Assembly (NCBI GenBank): GCA_964490105.1
Contig: CAZAZU010000003.1
Span: 245 to 64,244 of the forward strand
DNA: 64,000 nucleotides
Source: an uncultured Gammaproteobacteria bacterium
GTDB lineage: Bacteria; Patescibacteriota; Microgenomatia; Levybacterales; UBA12049
Direction of reading: 5' to 3'
The translations under genes were made by a program, and so were the position numbers. Shown here one piece after another: positions 36,614-46,493 of this stretch. Under the pieces are notes generated by a model that did not search any database, was not told the origin of the DNA, and saw nothing but the letters and a program-made list of their open reading frames with translations. Every line of letters begins with the position of its first letter. Position 1 is the stretch's first letter.

Positions 36614-38782
36614 TTAAGGGTTTGGAGTGGGAGATGGTGAGAGCTCTGGATGAGCACATGTTACGCAATATCTGTCTCCAGTGTCATCAGTTATAACATA
36701 GTGTTCTTTAAGCTCTAGATTATCTGTCTGTTTTGGATCTTTTGGAATATTTTGTGTTGTTTTATCTACAAAAATATTTGTTTTGCCCGGATCTCTTCTT
36801 TTAGGAAATTTATTTCTCACAAAATAATCTGCTCTCATCTCGCATGTAGATCCTTCTGCCGGAAATAAACCTGAATGACGACAGACATTTAATCTAACCG
36901 CATTTTGAGGGGGAATTAGAGGCGAAGTTTTTTCATCTTCAAGAAGAAACGACATAATCTCATTCCAAATAGGGGATGCTCCTGTTACTCCTGAAACAAC
37001 AGCTCCCATCGGAGTATTATCATTATTTCCAACCCAGGTGGTAACTACATATTTAGGAGTGTATCCTATCGTCCAGTTATCTCTGTAGTCATTTGTGGTT
37101 CCTGTTTTTACAGAAACAGTTTGGCCCGGGATATTAAGAACTGAATTTGTACCGAATGCCATCGCTCTTGCCTGGTTGTCAGATAAAATATCAGAAATAA
37201 TAAAGGTGACTTCTTCAGGAAGAACTCTTTTACCAAATATTGGCGCCTGGTTTTTTTTCTTTTCAAGAGTTTTTCCGCGGCTGTCTTTTACCTCGATAAC
37301 TGGATTCAGATCTACGCGGTAACCTTTATTTGCAAACACTCCAAATGCCGTAGTCATATCAAGCATTGTTACTTCTCCTCCTCCAAGAGTTAAGGAAAGT
37401 CCGTACCTTTCGGCATCTGTAAATGTATTAATTCCCATGGCAGCAGCTGTTGCCATCATTGTCTCAACTGTATTAAGTTTTAGCATTTTTACTGCAGGAA
37501 TATTTAAAGAGCTTGCTAAAGATTCTCTAAGGGTTACTGCTCCATGAAATTTTCCGTCATAATTTTTAGGACAATATGAAGGGCCATTTGATTGGGGATA
37601 GCAGGTTTCTTTATCAACGAATACTGTGGCTGCGGAATAACCGTTTTGAATACCTACTGCGTAATTGATCGGCTTAATTGAAGATCCAGGTTGTCTAAGG
37701 GCTAGCGCTATATTTACATTTCCATCAATTGAAGTGTCGAAATAATCTTTACTTCCCACCATAGCTAATATATCTCCGTTTGCGGGATCGCTTACTACTG
37801 CTGCTCCATTAGAAACTCTAGCAAATCTTAGCTTTGCTACCTCAGTAGCAACAGCAAGCTCGGCAAATGCTTGGACACTTGAATCGAGTGTGGTTGTTAT
37901 CTGGAATCCACCTTCTTCAGTGAATTTTTTACCATATTTCTCCTCCATCATATCTCTAATGTAGAGAACAAAGTGGGGAGCCTGGATATTATTGGAAATA
38001 TTTTTATATTCTAATTTTTGATTTCTAGCTTTTTCTTCCTCTTCTTCTGAAATATATCCTTGTTCTCTCATTTGCCTAAGAACAAGTTCTTGTCTGTCTT
38101 TTGCTAGGTCTGGACGGGATCCAAAAGGAGAATAAAGAGTCGGGCTTTGGGGAAGACCTGCTAAGAGTGCTGCTTCAGCAAGAGTTAAGTCCTTAGCACT
38201 TTTTCCAAAATAAGTTTTAGCAGCGGCCTCGATTCCATAGGCTGTTCCTCCATATGGAATTTGATTTAGATACATTTCGAGAATTTGAGATTTAGAATAT
38301 AAAACTTCAGTTACGAATGCTAAAACAATTTCCTTAACTTTTCGCTGAATTGAGCGCTCTGAAGTTAAAAGACTGCTTTTTATAAGCTGTTGGGTGAGAG
38401 TTGAGCCTCCTTGTATGGGTTTTCCTGATACATTTGCGACTAGTGCTCTAGTGATTCCTCTTATATCAATTGCGCCGTGTTTGTAGAAATCTTTATCTTC
38501 AACTGCAATCGTGGATTCTTGAACATGCCTCGGGATATCTTTAAGCGGAATCTGGATCCTGTTCTTATTTGAATAAACTGTATATAAAAGTTTTCCGTCT
38601 CGATCAAAAATTTGACTAGATTCAGGAATTGAAGATGGATTATTTAGGCGGGTTGGGGAGGGAAGATCTTTTAAGACAAAACTATACGTAAATATTCCCA
38701 AGGGAATTGCCAAGAGTACAATGACTAATCCGAAATACTTTTTCTTGCGAAATTTCCGATAGAATTTCCTGATAGTTCCCAT
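36614..38782 (-). CDS. Class A penicillin-binding protein (second tandem paralog)
   Basis: EDKDFYKHGAID, GGSTLTQQLIK, SSIK and KTGTT motifs. Confidence 0.85.
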   Translation of the reverse strand: MGTIRKFYRKFRKKKYFGLVIVLLAIPLGIFTYSFVLKDLPSPTRLNNPSSIPESSQIFDRDGKLLYTVYSNKNRIQIPLKDIPRHVQESTIAVEDKDFYKHGAIDIRGITRALVANVSGKPIQGGSTLTQQLIKSSLLTSERSIQRKVKEIVLAFVTEVLYSKSQILEMYLNQIPYGGTAYGIEAAAKTYFGKSAKDLTLAEAALLAGLPQSPTLYSPFGSRPDLAKDRQELVLRQMREQGYISEEEEEKARNQKLEYKNISNNIQAPHFVLYIRDMMEEKYGKKFTEEGGFQITTTLDSSVQAFAELAVATEVAKLRFARVSNGAAVVSDPANGDILAMVGSKDYFDTSIDGNVNIALALRQPGSSIKPINYAVGIQNGYSAATVFVDKETCYPQSNGPSYCPKNYDGKFHGAVTLRESLASSLNIPAVKMLKLNTVETMMATAAAMGINTFTDAERYGLSLTLGGGEVTMLDMTTAFGVFANKGYRVDLNPVIEVKDSRGKTLEKKKNQAPIFGKRVLPEEVTFIISDILSDNQARAMAFGTNSVLNIPGQTVSVKTGTTNDYRDNWTIGYTPKYVVTTWVGNNDNTPMGAVVSGVTGASPIWNEIMSFLLEDEKTSPLIPPQNAVRLNVCRHSGLFPAEGSTCEMRADYFVRNKFPKRRDPGKTNIFVDKTTQNIPKDPKQTDNLELKEHYVITDDTGDRYCVTCAHPELSPSPTPNP

Positions 38783-38888
38783 CAGATAATAATACCATTC
38801 ATGAAGTCATAGAAACAACAATTTACCTCGTATCTTTTTTATTGAAACGATTAAATTAGATCAACAACCCTTAGAAAAAAGTTAACGG

Positions 38889-39938
38889 ATGAACTATAAT
38901 AATTCTGTGATTTCAATAGAACAAATTCAAGCTTTCCTGCACTTTCTTACGATCCCTTTTGTCGGTTTAAATTTTATAGATATAGCAATCTTTGTAATAG
39001 TTGCTTTTTATGCTCTGGAAGGATATGCACTGGGTTTCATAAAAGGATTTGCAGATTTTATAAGCTTTTTGGCCTCATTTTTATTTGGACTTACTTTTTA
39101 CGATATTTTTGGAGATTTTTTGGTTAATACTTTTAGTATTCCGAAAGGCTTCGGAAATGCATTAGGATTTTTTCTGGCTGCATTCGTTTGTGAAGTTGCG
39201 TTAACCATTTTACTTAGGAGCATTATTCTTCCTTTTATTTTTAAGAGTCTTGAGAAAATTAATTATCCCAAGAAAGCAGAAAAAATCTTAGGAATTTTAC
39301 CTGGAGTTTCATCTGCCTTTGTTCTTTTGTCTTTTATTTTAACTATGGTGGTGGCACTTCCTCTTTCACCGTTTATGAAAAATTCTGTCGCATCATCAAA
39401 GCTTGGAGAGCCGCTAGTCTCAAATATTCAGGGATTTGATAAAGAGCTTAATGATGTTTTCGGCGGAGCAGTAAACGACGCATTAACTTTTTTAACTGTT
39501 GAGCCGAAGAGCGATGAGCTTTTAGAGTTGAATTTTACGACCACAAATGTAAAAGTTGACAGAGATTCTGAAGTAGAAATGCTTGCCTTAGTTAATGCCG
39601 AAAGAGAAAACTTAGGACTTGTTCCCGTGGAGGAAGACCCTAGTTTAAGAGAGGTGGCCAGAGCTCATTGTACAGATATGTTAGAGCGTGGATATTTTTC
39701 TCACTATACACCTGAAGGAAAATCACCTTTTGACAGAATGGCTGAAGCAGATATCGCTTATAAATTTGCAGGAGAAAATTTAGCCTTGGCGCCTTCCACA
39801 AAACTTGCCATGAAGGGACTTATGAACAGCGCTGGGCATAGAGCAAATATTCTTTCGGAAAATTTCGGAAGAGTAGGGATAGGTGTAATTGATGGGGGAA
39901 TTTACGGAGAGATGTTTTGCCAGGAATTTTCAGATTAA
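38889..39938 (+). CDS. CvpA-like membrane domain fused to C-terminal CAP/SCP (YkwD-like) domain
   Basis: Four TM helices in the N-terminal half. C-terminus MLALVNAERENLGL...HCTDMLERGYFSH...GEN...GHRANIL. Confidence 0.55.
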   Translation: MNYNNSVISIEQIQAFLHFLTIPFVGLNFIDIAIFVIVAFYALEGYALGFIKGFADFISFLASFLFGLTFYDIFGDFLVNTFSIPKGFGNALGFFLAAFVCEVALTILLRSIILPFIFKSLEKINYPKKAEKILGILPGVSSAFVLLSFILTMVVALPLSPFMKNSVASSKLGEPLVSNIQGFDKELNDVFGGAVNDALTFLTVEPKSDELLELNFTTTNVKVDRDSEVEMLALVNAERENLGLVPVEEDPSLREVARAHCTDMLERGYFSHYTPEGKSPFDRMAEADIAYKFAGENLALAPSTKLAMKGLMNSAGHRANILSENFGRVGIGVIDGGIYGEMFCQEFSD

Positions 39939-39941
39939 TTT

Positions 39942-40976
39942 ATGACTAATTTGCCCAACTTAGAATCTGGAGAAGTTAAAGATAAAAAAGTAATTCTAAG
40001 ATATGAGTGTGATGTCAGACTTTCTGAAAGCGGAGAAATTCTAGATGAAACAAGGCTAGTTTCAGGCTTTTCTACTATAGAATATCTTCTTGATAATAAT
40101 TGTGAAGTAATAATTATCGGTCATTTAAGACGCCCCGAGGGGTGGGATGAAAAATATAGTCTTCTTCCTGTTGCTAAATGGTTTGCCAAGGAATTTGAAT
40201 CAAAAGAATCTGAAGTTGAATTAGGTAAATTTAAAGGCTGGAAGATTAAAGACCGGCTTATTTTGCTTGAAAATTTACGCTTCTTTAAAGAAGAAAAAGA
40301 GAACGAATCTAATTTTGCAAAAGAATTAGCAAGTCTTGGAGAGGTTTATGTTAACGAAGCATTTGGATCAAGTCACCGAGGGCACGCTTCTATAGTTGGA
40401 ATTCCAAAGCTTTTACCTTCATTTCCGGGGTTTCATTTTACAAAAGAAGTAAGAGTCTTAGATGAGGTTGTTAATCTGCCAATTAACCCTCTTACTATTA
40501 TACTAGGTGGAGCAAAGATGGAAACAAAGATTCCAATTGTTTCTAGAATGCATCAGATTGCTGATTATATTTTAATTGGAGGCAAAATTGCCGGCGAAGA
40601 TAGAAGAAGAATTGAGGATGTAAGGAGTAGTAAGGCTAAAATTATAATTGCTGATTCTTCAGAGGATGGGAAGGATATTTCAAAAAAAACAGTGAGCGAA
40701 TTTGAAAATATTATTTCTCAAAGCGGAATGGTGGTTTGGAATGGACCGATGGGATACATCGAGGGCGGATTTGAGCAAGGGACTCTTTCAATTGCAAAGG
40801 CTATTGTAAATAGTGGTGCATATAAAATCTCCGGGGGAGGGGACACTGTCGCTTTTTTAAATAAGCATAAATTATTTGATAAATTTGATTTTGTATCTAT
40901 GGGGGGAGGAGCCATGTTAGAATTTTTATCTGGAGATTCACTTCCTGGTGTTGAGGCGCTACAAAATAGCTCTTGA
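39942..40976 (+). CDS. pgk: Phosphoglycerate kinase (short form)
   Basis: KVILRYECDVRLSESGEILDETRLVSGFSTIEYLL...IIGHLRRPEG and EAFGSSHRGHASIVG match PGK N-domain motifs. TGA stop. Confidence 0.75.
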   Translation: MTNLPNLESGEVKDKKVILRYECDVRLSESGEILDETRLVSGFSTIEYLLDNNCEVIIIGHLRRPEGWDEKYSLLPVAKWFAKEFESKESEVELGKFKGWKIKDRLILLENLRFFKEEKENESNFAKELASLGEVYVNEAFGSSHRGHASIVGIPKLLPSFPGFHFTKEVRVLDEVVNLPINPLTIILGGAKMETKIPIVSRMHQIADYILIGGKIAGEDRRRIEDVRSSKAKIIIADSSEDGKDISKKTVSEFENIISQSGMVVWNGPMGYIEGGFEQGTLSIAKAIVNSGAYKISGGGDTVAFLNKHKLFDKFDFVSMGGGAMLEFLSGDSLPGVEALQNSS

Positions 40977-41007
40977 TGAATTTTGTACTTAGATTTATAC
41001 TCTATAG

Positions 41008-41604
41008 ATGACACCCCAAGACCTTAAAGATATTAGAAATATTACTGTATCGGGCCGAATCGCCTCTGGATCCACAACTCTTGCAAAACATTTAGCCGAC
41101 ACTCTCGGGTGGCGCCATGTAGAAGGCGGGGATATTTTTTGGGAAAGAGTAAGAGGAAGGCTTGGGCTTGATCCAAAAGACACAGATAAAAGACCGGATG
41201 ATGAAGATAAAGTTTTTGATGAAGAGCTCAAAAAAATGTTAACAAATGATAAAAATCTGATTCTTGAGACTAAGCTGGCGGGATTTAATGCGCAAGATAT
41301 CCCTGGTGTATTTAAAATTCTTGTAGTTTGTGAAGATTCTGCTGGGGAGGATCATATGGATATTAGAATAGATAGGCTTATTAATCGTGAACAGCAGTCA
41401 TTAGAAAGTGCAAAACAAGAAGTAATTGAAAGAGAAAAAAACGATATAGATAAATGGAGGAGAATGTATGCCAATGGAGACGAGAATTGGATTTATTGGG
41501 ATAGGAAATACTACGATTTTGTAGTTAATACCTATTCACATAATGCTGATGAAAGTCTTAATTTGGTTCTTGAACAGCTTGGTTTTTCAAAGAAAACTTC
41601 TTGA
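41008..41604 (+). CDS. P-loop NTPase, cytidylate-kinase-like
   Basis: ITVSGRIASGSTTLAKHLADTLGW P-loop with kinase-like architecture. Confidence 0.4.
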   Translation: MTPQDLKDIRNITVSGRIASGSTTLAKHLADTLGWRHVEGGDIFWERVRGRLGLDPKDTDKRPDDEDKVFDEELKKMLTNDKNLILETKLAGFNAQDIPGVFKILVVCEDSAGEDHMDIRIDRLINREQQSLESAKQEVIEREKNDIDKWRRMYANGDENWIYWDRKYYDFVVNTYSHNADESLNLVLEQLGFSKKTS

Positions 41605-41653
41605 AATTAAGATTTCATAGTGGTAGAGTAGGCTAGTTCTACAGTTAACATTT

Positions 41654-42241
41654 ATGAAGAGTCTAATAAAGTTAATATCGGGAATAATTTTTTTCATAAT
41701 TATAGTTTCATCTTCTGCTCAAGCGCAGGTGATGGAAGTAACCACAAAACCTACGGAAAGTATCCCAATGCCTACTACCAGTCTAACTCCAAGTCCGGTT
41801 CCTGAAGCTGTCCAGTACCAGCTTCCATATCCTGGAATTCTTCCAGGAAGCCCCTTGTATTCAATAAAAATGATTAGAGATAGAATTATGGAGATTTTAA
41901 TCTCAGATCCAGTAAAAAAATCCAATTTTTATTTACTTCAAGCTGATAAAAGAACAGCGAGCGCTTTAATGCTCTATGAGAAAAATGAAGACAAAACGGC
42001 AGAAACTACATTAACAAAAGCCCAAAAATATTTAGAAAAATCTTTAGTAAAAGCACAGGAGGCAAAAAATTCGGGCAAAGACGTCGGGGATATATTTGCA
42101 AGAATTAAAGATTCTTCATCAAAACAAAAACAGGAAATAGAAATAATTAGCGGAAAATCTAAGGAAAAAAAAGAATCTTTGAAAGATGACCTGGAAAAGG
42201 TAAAAAACATCGAAAAAAGTGCAGATCAACTTAAGCCGTAA
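41654..42241 (+). CDS. Secreted hypothetical protein
   Basis: Signal peptide MKSLIKLISGIIFFIIIVSSSAQA. Helical, Lys-rich. Confidence 0.4.
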   Translation: MKSLIKLISGIIFFIIIVSSSAQAQVMEVTTKPTESIPMPTTSLTPSPVPEAVQYQLPYPGILPGSPLYSIKMIRDRIMEILISDPVKKSNFYLLQADKRTASALMLYEKNEDKTAETTLTKAQKYLEKSLVKAQEAKNSGKDVGDIFARIKDSSSKQKQEIEIISGKSKEKKESLKDDLEKVKNIEKSADQLKP

Positions 42242-42403
42242 AATATAGATTCTTAGAATAAATGTACTAATTTTTTACTCGGGTCTTTAATTTTTAATCA
42301 TATTTTTATACCCGATTTTTCCCTGATTTTTCTCTTAATTTTGGTCCTGTTTAAAAATGAGGCTAGAAAAACGACTGATATTTTTTGATCTAGTATTTGT
42401 TAG

Positions 42404-42432
42404 TTGACACCCCACTGTTAGCGGCATATGAT
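42404..42432 (+). promoter_or_regulatory. Sigma-70-type promoter of the nrdR-nrdJ operon
   Basis: TTGACA at 42404-42409, 17-bp spacer, TATGAT at 42427-42432. Confidence 0.55.
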
Positions 42433-42439
42433 CGATCTT

Positions 42440-42457
42440 GGCACTAGATTTAGTGTC
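42440..42457 (+). promoter_or_regulatory. Candidate NrdR box (operator)
   Basis: Inverted repeat CACTA-GATT-TAGTG resembles the NrdR-box palindrome (acaCwAtATaTwGtgt). About 10 bp downstream of the -10 element. Confidence 0.45.
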
Positions 42458-42492
42458 TGAACTTTAAGAATTTGCCCGAAGAAAAATAAGCT

Positions 42493-42942
42493 ATGAAATG
42501 TCCATATTGCGGTTCCCGCGAAACAGAAGTAGTAGAAACCAGAGACAGTGAAGATCTTGAGACAATAAGAAGAAGACGAAATTGTGTTAAGTGCGAGAAG
42601 AGATTCACGACTTATGAAAGAGTAGAGAATGTTAATCTGGTAGTTATTAAAAAAGATGGACGACGAGAACAGTTTAATAGAGATAAACTAAGAAACGGAA
42701 TTTCTAGATCCTGCGAAAAGACTACGGTATCAGTTGAAGACATTGAGAAGATAATAGTAGAAGTAGAAAGAGAATTAAGAGGAGCAGACTCGGTAGAAGT
42801 AGAAAGTAAAAAAATAGGGCAAATGGTGGCTGGAAGACTAAAGAAATTAGATAAAATTGCATATATAAGATTTTCGAGTGTATTCAAAAGATTTGTAGAC
42901 ATAGAAGACTTTGAAAAAGAAGTCAAAAAATTAATAAATTAA
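42493..42942 (+). CDS. nrdR: Transcriptional repressor NrdR
   Basis: MKCPYCGSRETEVVETRDSED...RRRRNCVKCEKRFTTYERVE zinc ribbon plus ATP-cone. Confidence 0.9.
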   Translation: MKCPYCGSRETEVVETRDSEDLETIRRRRNCVKCEKRFTTYERVENVNLVVIKKDGRREQFNRDKLRNGISRSCEKTTVSVEDIEKIIVEVERELRGADSVEVESKKIGQMVAGRLKKLDKIAYIRFSSVFKRFVDIEDFEKEVKKLIN

Positions 42943-42945
42943 ATT

Positions 42946-45357
42946 ATGAAATTAGACGGTGTAAGACAAAAAGTATTTTTAGACAGATATTCTTTAAAAG
43001 ATAAAGAAGGAAATCCCATGGAACAAACTCCAGATGAGATGTGGAGAAGAGTTGCTAAGGGAATTGCAGGACAGGAAAAGAAGGCTGACCAGAAGCATTG
43101 GGAGAAGAAATTCTATGATTCGATGGAAGGATTTAAGTTTCTTCCAGGGGGACGCATTTTAGCTGGCGCTGGAACTGGATTTGATGTCACATATTTTAAC
43201 TGCTTTGTTATCCCATCTCCAAAAGATTCCAGGGATGGAATTTTAGATAATCTTAAGATAATGATTGAAATCATGGCAAGGGGCGGAGGAGTAGGAATCA
43301 ATCTATCAAGTCTTCGTCCAAAGGGTTCTCGCGTTCGAAAAGTAAATGGTTTTTCATCTGGCCCTATGAATTGGGCAGAGCTTTATTCACTAGCCACAAA
43401 AGACATTGTTCAGCAGGGAGGATCTCGAAGGGGAGCTCTTATGCTCATGCTTCATGATTGGCATCCAGACATCGAAGAATTTATTACTGTAAAACAGGAC
43501 CTAACTCGCATTAACGGTGCTAACCTTTCAGTTTGCGTAAGTGACGCATTCATGGAAGCTGTAAAAGCAGACGCTGACTGGGATTTGGAATATCCAGATC
43601 TGGATGACCCTAAGTATGATGAAAAATGGAATGGAGACCTTGAAGGCTGGAAAAAGCTTGGAGGAAAAGTCGTAGTTAAAAAAACAGTTAAAGCAAAATA
43701 TCTTTGGGATTTAATTTGTACAGCTGCTTGGACTTCAGCAGAGCCAGGTCTTCACTTCCTTGACCGCTCAAACAAAAGATCAAACACAGCATATTTTGAA
43801 ACTCTAATCGCTACTAACCCATGCGGAGAACAGCCCCTTGGAGCTTGGGCAGTTTGTAATTTAGGAGCTATGAATTTGTCTGCTTATGTAAATGAAAAAG
43901 GTGAGTTTGAATACACGAGATTTGGAAAAGATGTAAGAGTTGCGATGAGATTTTTAGATAATGTGATTGATGACACATACTACTTCTTTAAAGAGAATGA
44001 AAAAGTTGCAAAAGATATTAGAAGGACTGGTCTTGGAATTCTAGGATTAGCTGATGCTTTAATAAAAATGAAGTTAAAGTATGGAGCTCCTGAATCAGAA
44101 GCGACTATTAAAAAGATTTTCGAAACTTTAAGAAATGAAGCTTATGATGCATCAGCTGATATCGCAAAAGAGAAAGGCGCTTTTCCTAAATTTAACAAAG
44201 AAAAATATCTAAAGGGATACCACATTCAAAGACTTCCTAAGGAAATTCAAGCAAAGATTGCAAAAAATGGAATTAGAAATGCTGTTCTACTCACAATTGC
44301 TCCAACAGGAACCACAAGTTTGATTTCTGGAGTTTCTTCTGGGGTAGAGCCAGTTTATGAGTTTGAGTTTATCAGGCGAGATAGGCTAGGGGAGCACAAA
44401 ATGTATCACCCTCTATATGAAGAGTGGAAAAAAGCCAATCCTGACGCCGAGAAACCTGGATACTTTGTTAGTGCAAATGATTTAACTCCAGAAGAGCACG
44501 TGACGGTTCAGGCAATTGCTCAGGAGTATATTGATTCTTCAATATCTAAAACTGTTAATGCTCCAAATGCTCATACTGTCGACGACGTAAAAAATCTCTA
44601 CATGTCAGCATATGACAATGGGCTTAAGGGCGTAACTTATATGAGGGATGGAAGTCGCGAGGGAGTTCTATCCAGAGTAGAAGAGAAGAAAGAAGAAGTA
44701 AAAGTTCCGGATGTAGCTAACCACACAGTAAGAGCACCCCGTCCTATGATGATGGAAGGAGTAACGTATAAGACTCAAACTCCAGTCGGGGATACCTACA
44801 TCACTCTTAATCATGATCAGAACAGAGAGCCATTTGAGATGTTTATAACTATCGGAAAAACAGGTTCTGATGTCGCAGCTATGGCTGAAGCATTGGGGCG
44901 CATGATTTCTCTTAATTTAAGTCTCGCAGGCAACCTGCCGCCGCGCGAGAGAATTAGACAAGTTATAAGTCAGCTGTCCGGAATAGGAGGAGCAAGAAGT
45001 GTGGGATTTGGAGAAAATAGAGTCAGATCTCTTCCTGATGCTGTTGCAAAAATATTAGCAAAGCAATATGCATTTAAAGTAAACGGTGTAGTAGAGGACA
45101 AATTAGTTCCGCCTTCAACTGCAAATGGTCATTCGGAAACACAGATCCCATTAACTGCAGATGCTCCGGTTGAGGAAAAATCTGAGCCACAGGAGGAAAT
45201 ATCAGTTCTTCAGCAGCTTCCTCTTCAAGAAGGAATCACAATTGACACAAAACCGAAGACTCACAACTTTGATATTTGCCCAGAATGCGGAACTTCAGCT
45301 TTTGTATTCGAAGAGGGATGCGGTAAGTGTTACGCTTGCGGTCATTCTGAATGCTAG
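42946..45357 (+). CDS. nrdJ: Class II (adenosylcobalamin-dependent) ribonucleotide reductase NrdJ
   Basis: 803-aa monomeric RNR with active-site NPCGEQPL and C-terminal Cys cluster CPECG...CGKCYACG. Not class Ia (no R2 gene) and not class III. Confidence 0.8.
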   Translation: MKLDGVRQKVFLDRYSLKDKEGNPMEQTPDEMWRRVAKGIAGQEKKADQKHWEKKFYDSMEGFKFLPGGRILAGAGTGFDVTYFNCFVIPSPKDSRDGILDNLKIMIEIMARGGGVGINLSSLRPKGSRVRKVNGFSSGPMNWAELYSLATKDIVQQGGSRRGALMLMLHDWHPDIEEFITVKQDLTRINGANLSVCVSDAFMEAVKADADWDLEYPDLDDPKYDEKWNGDLEGWKKLGGKVVVKKTVKAKYLWDLICTAAWTSAEPGLHFLDRSNKRSNTAYFETLIATNPCGEQPLGAWAVCNLGAMNLSAYVNEKGEFEYTRFGKDVRVAMRFLDNVIDDTYYFFKENEKVAKDIRRTGLGILGLADALIKMKLKYGAPESEATIKKIFETLRNEAYDASADIAKEKGAFPKFNKEKYLKGYHIQRLPKEIQAKIAKNGIRNAVLLTIAPTGTTSLISGVSSGVEPVYEFEFIRRDRLGEHKMYHPLYEEWKKANPDAEKPGYFVSANDLTPEEHVTVQAIAQEYIDSSISKTVNAPNAHTVDDVKNLYMSAYDNGLKGVTYMRDGSREGVLSRVEEKKEEVKVPDVANHTVRAPRPMMMEGVTYKTQTPVGDTYITLNHDQNREPFEMFITIGKTGSDVAAMAEALGRMISLNLSLAGNLPPRERIRQVISQLSGIGGARSVGFGENRVRSLPDAVAKILAKQYAFKVNGVVEDKLVPPSTANGHSETQIPLTADAPVEEKSEPQEEISVLQQLPLQEGITIDTKPKTHNFDICPECGTSAFVFEEGCGKCYACGHSEC

Positions 45358-45390
45358 TTTGTAAAGCAAGAGCTAATAGTTTATAGTTAT

Positions 45391-45530
45391 TTTCAATAAG
45401 GAAAGGGTAAGTGAGGCGTAAATCCTCCACAGTGCCGCTACCGTAAAGTCCCGATTTAATCGGGATAAAGTCGGAAAACCACCTTATGTAGATTCTCGAG
45501 CAAGATTTTTTGGCGAACTTCTCGAGATCC
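45391..45530 (+). promoter_or_regulatory. Candidate cobalamin (AdoCbl) riboswitch
   Basis: AAGGAAAGGGTAAGTGAGGCGTAAATCC...CCACAGTGCCGC...AAAGTCGGAAAACCACC carries GGGAA/AATCC and a B12-box-like AGTC.GGA.ACC. Followed by the CTCGAG...CTCGAG hairpin and RBS GAGGAG. Downstream genes are B12-related. Confidence 0.45.
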
Positions 45531-45555
45531 TTACAGGATAACGAGGAGTTTTTTT

Positions 45556-45963
45556 ATGGCAAAGAAATTAAAAATTATTTTAGGAATCTTTCTACTTCTA
45601 TTAGTTTCGTTTTTAATTTTATTTTTTAAATTTTATCAAGATGAAATGGAATGGTATAGCCGTAATGGTTTGGTCCCGGTTAAGAATTCTACGATTACAT
45701 CTACTGATATGCCGGTTAAGACAGAAACACATGTTTCATATTACGGAGCCGAAGGGAAGAATGCTCTAGAATTATTGGGGGAATATGAGCAATTTGAACA
45801 AGCATCCTCAGGATTGGTTATTTCTATAAATGGAAGAAGAGCTGAGGAAAAAAATAGAGAGTTTTGGGCTTTTTATATCAATGGGAAAACAGCAACTTTA
45901 GGGCCTGAAGATTACGTTACAAAGAAAGGAGATTTGATTGAATGGAAAATAGAAGAATATTAA
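45556..45963 (+). CDS. DUF4430-like surface protein; candidate cobalamin-binding component
   Basis: N-terminal TM/signal. C-terminus YINGKTATLGPEDYVTKKGDLIEWKIEEY resembles the DUF4430 ending (...dGD.i.w.y). Confidence 0.45.
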   Translation: MAKKLKIILGIFLLLLVSFLILFFKFYQDEMEWYSRNGLVPVKNSTITSTDMPVKTETHVSYYGAEGKNALELLGEYEQFEQASSGLVISINGRRAEEKNREFWAFYINGKTATLGPEDYVTKKGDLIEWKIEEY

Positions 45964-46493
45964 ATTTTGAAAAATTACTTTTACCTTTAATAATCATTGT
46001 ATTTGGAGCAACTTTAAGGCTAATCCCGCACCCTGCAAATGTAGCGCCAATTGCTGCGATAGCTATTTTTGGAGGTGTATATCTTAATAAAAAATATGCT
46101 TTGGTTTTGCCGATTTTGGCTATGATTGTTTCAGATATTTTTTTGGGATTTAGTGTAAGTACGCCGCTTGTATATGCAAGCTTTCTTATTTCAGGGGTAA
46201 TTGGTTTATGGTTAAAAAATCACAAACATTTACCTTTAGTAATAGGCGCAACACTAGCTTCATCGATAATCTTTTTTCTGTTAACAAATTTTAATTTTTG
46301 GTACGTGACATCTTTATATCCAAAGACATTCGATGGAATGATTCAGGCATATTTTATGGCGTTGCCATTTTTCAGGAACACAGTAATCGGAGATTTAATT
46401 TACGTAGGTTTGTTTTTTGCAAGCTTTGAAGTGATATTAAAATTATCAAAGGAGTTCTATGGCAGGACCAATTTATACAAAAACAGGGGATAA
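45942..46493 (+). CDS. Small polytopic membrane protein; candidate substrate-capture component for the corrinoid
   Basis: 183 aa, about 5 TM helices. Overlaps both neighbours inside the riboswitch-controlled unit. Confidence 0.35.
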   Translation: MENRRILNFEKLLLPLIIIVFGATLRLIPHPANVAPIAAIAIFGGVYLNKKYALVLPILAMIVSDIFLGFSVSTPLVYASFLISGVIGLWLKNHKHLPLVIGATLASSIIFFLLTNFNFWYVTSLYPKTFDGMIQAYFMALPFFRNTVIGDLIYVGLFFASFEVILKLSKEFYGRTNLYKNRG

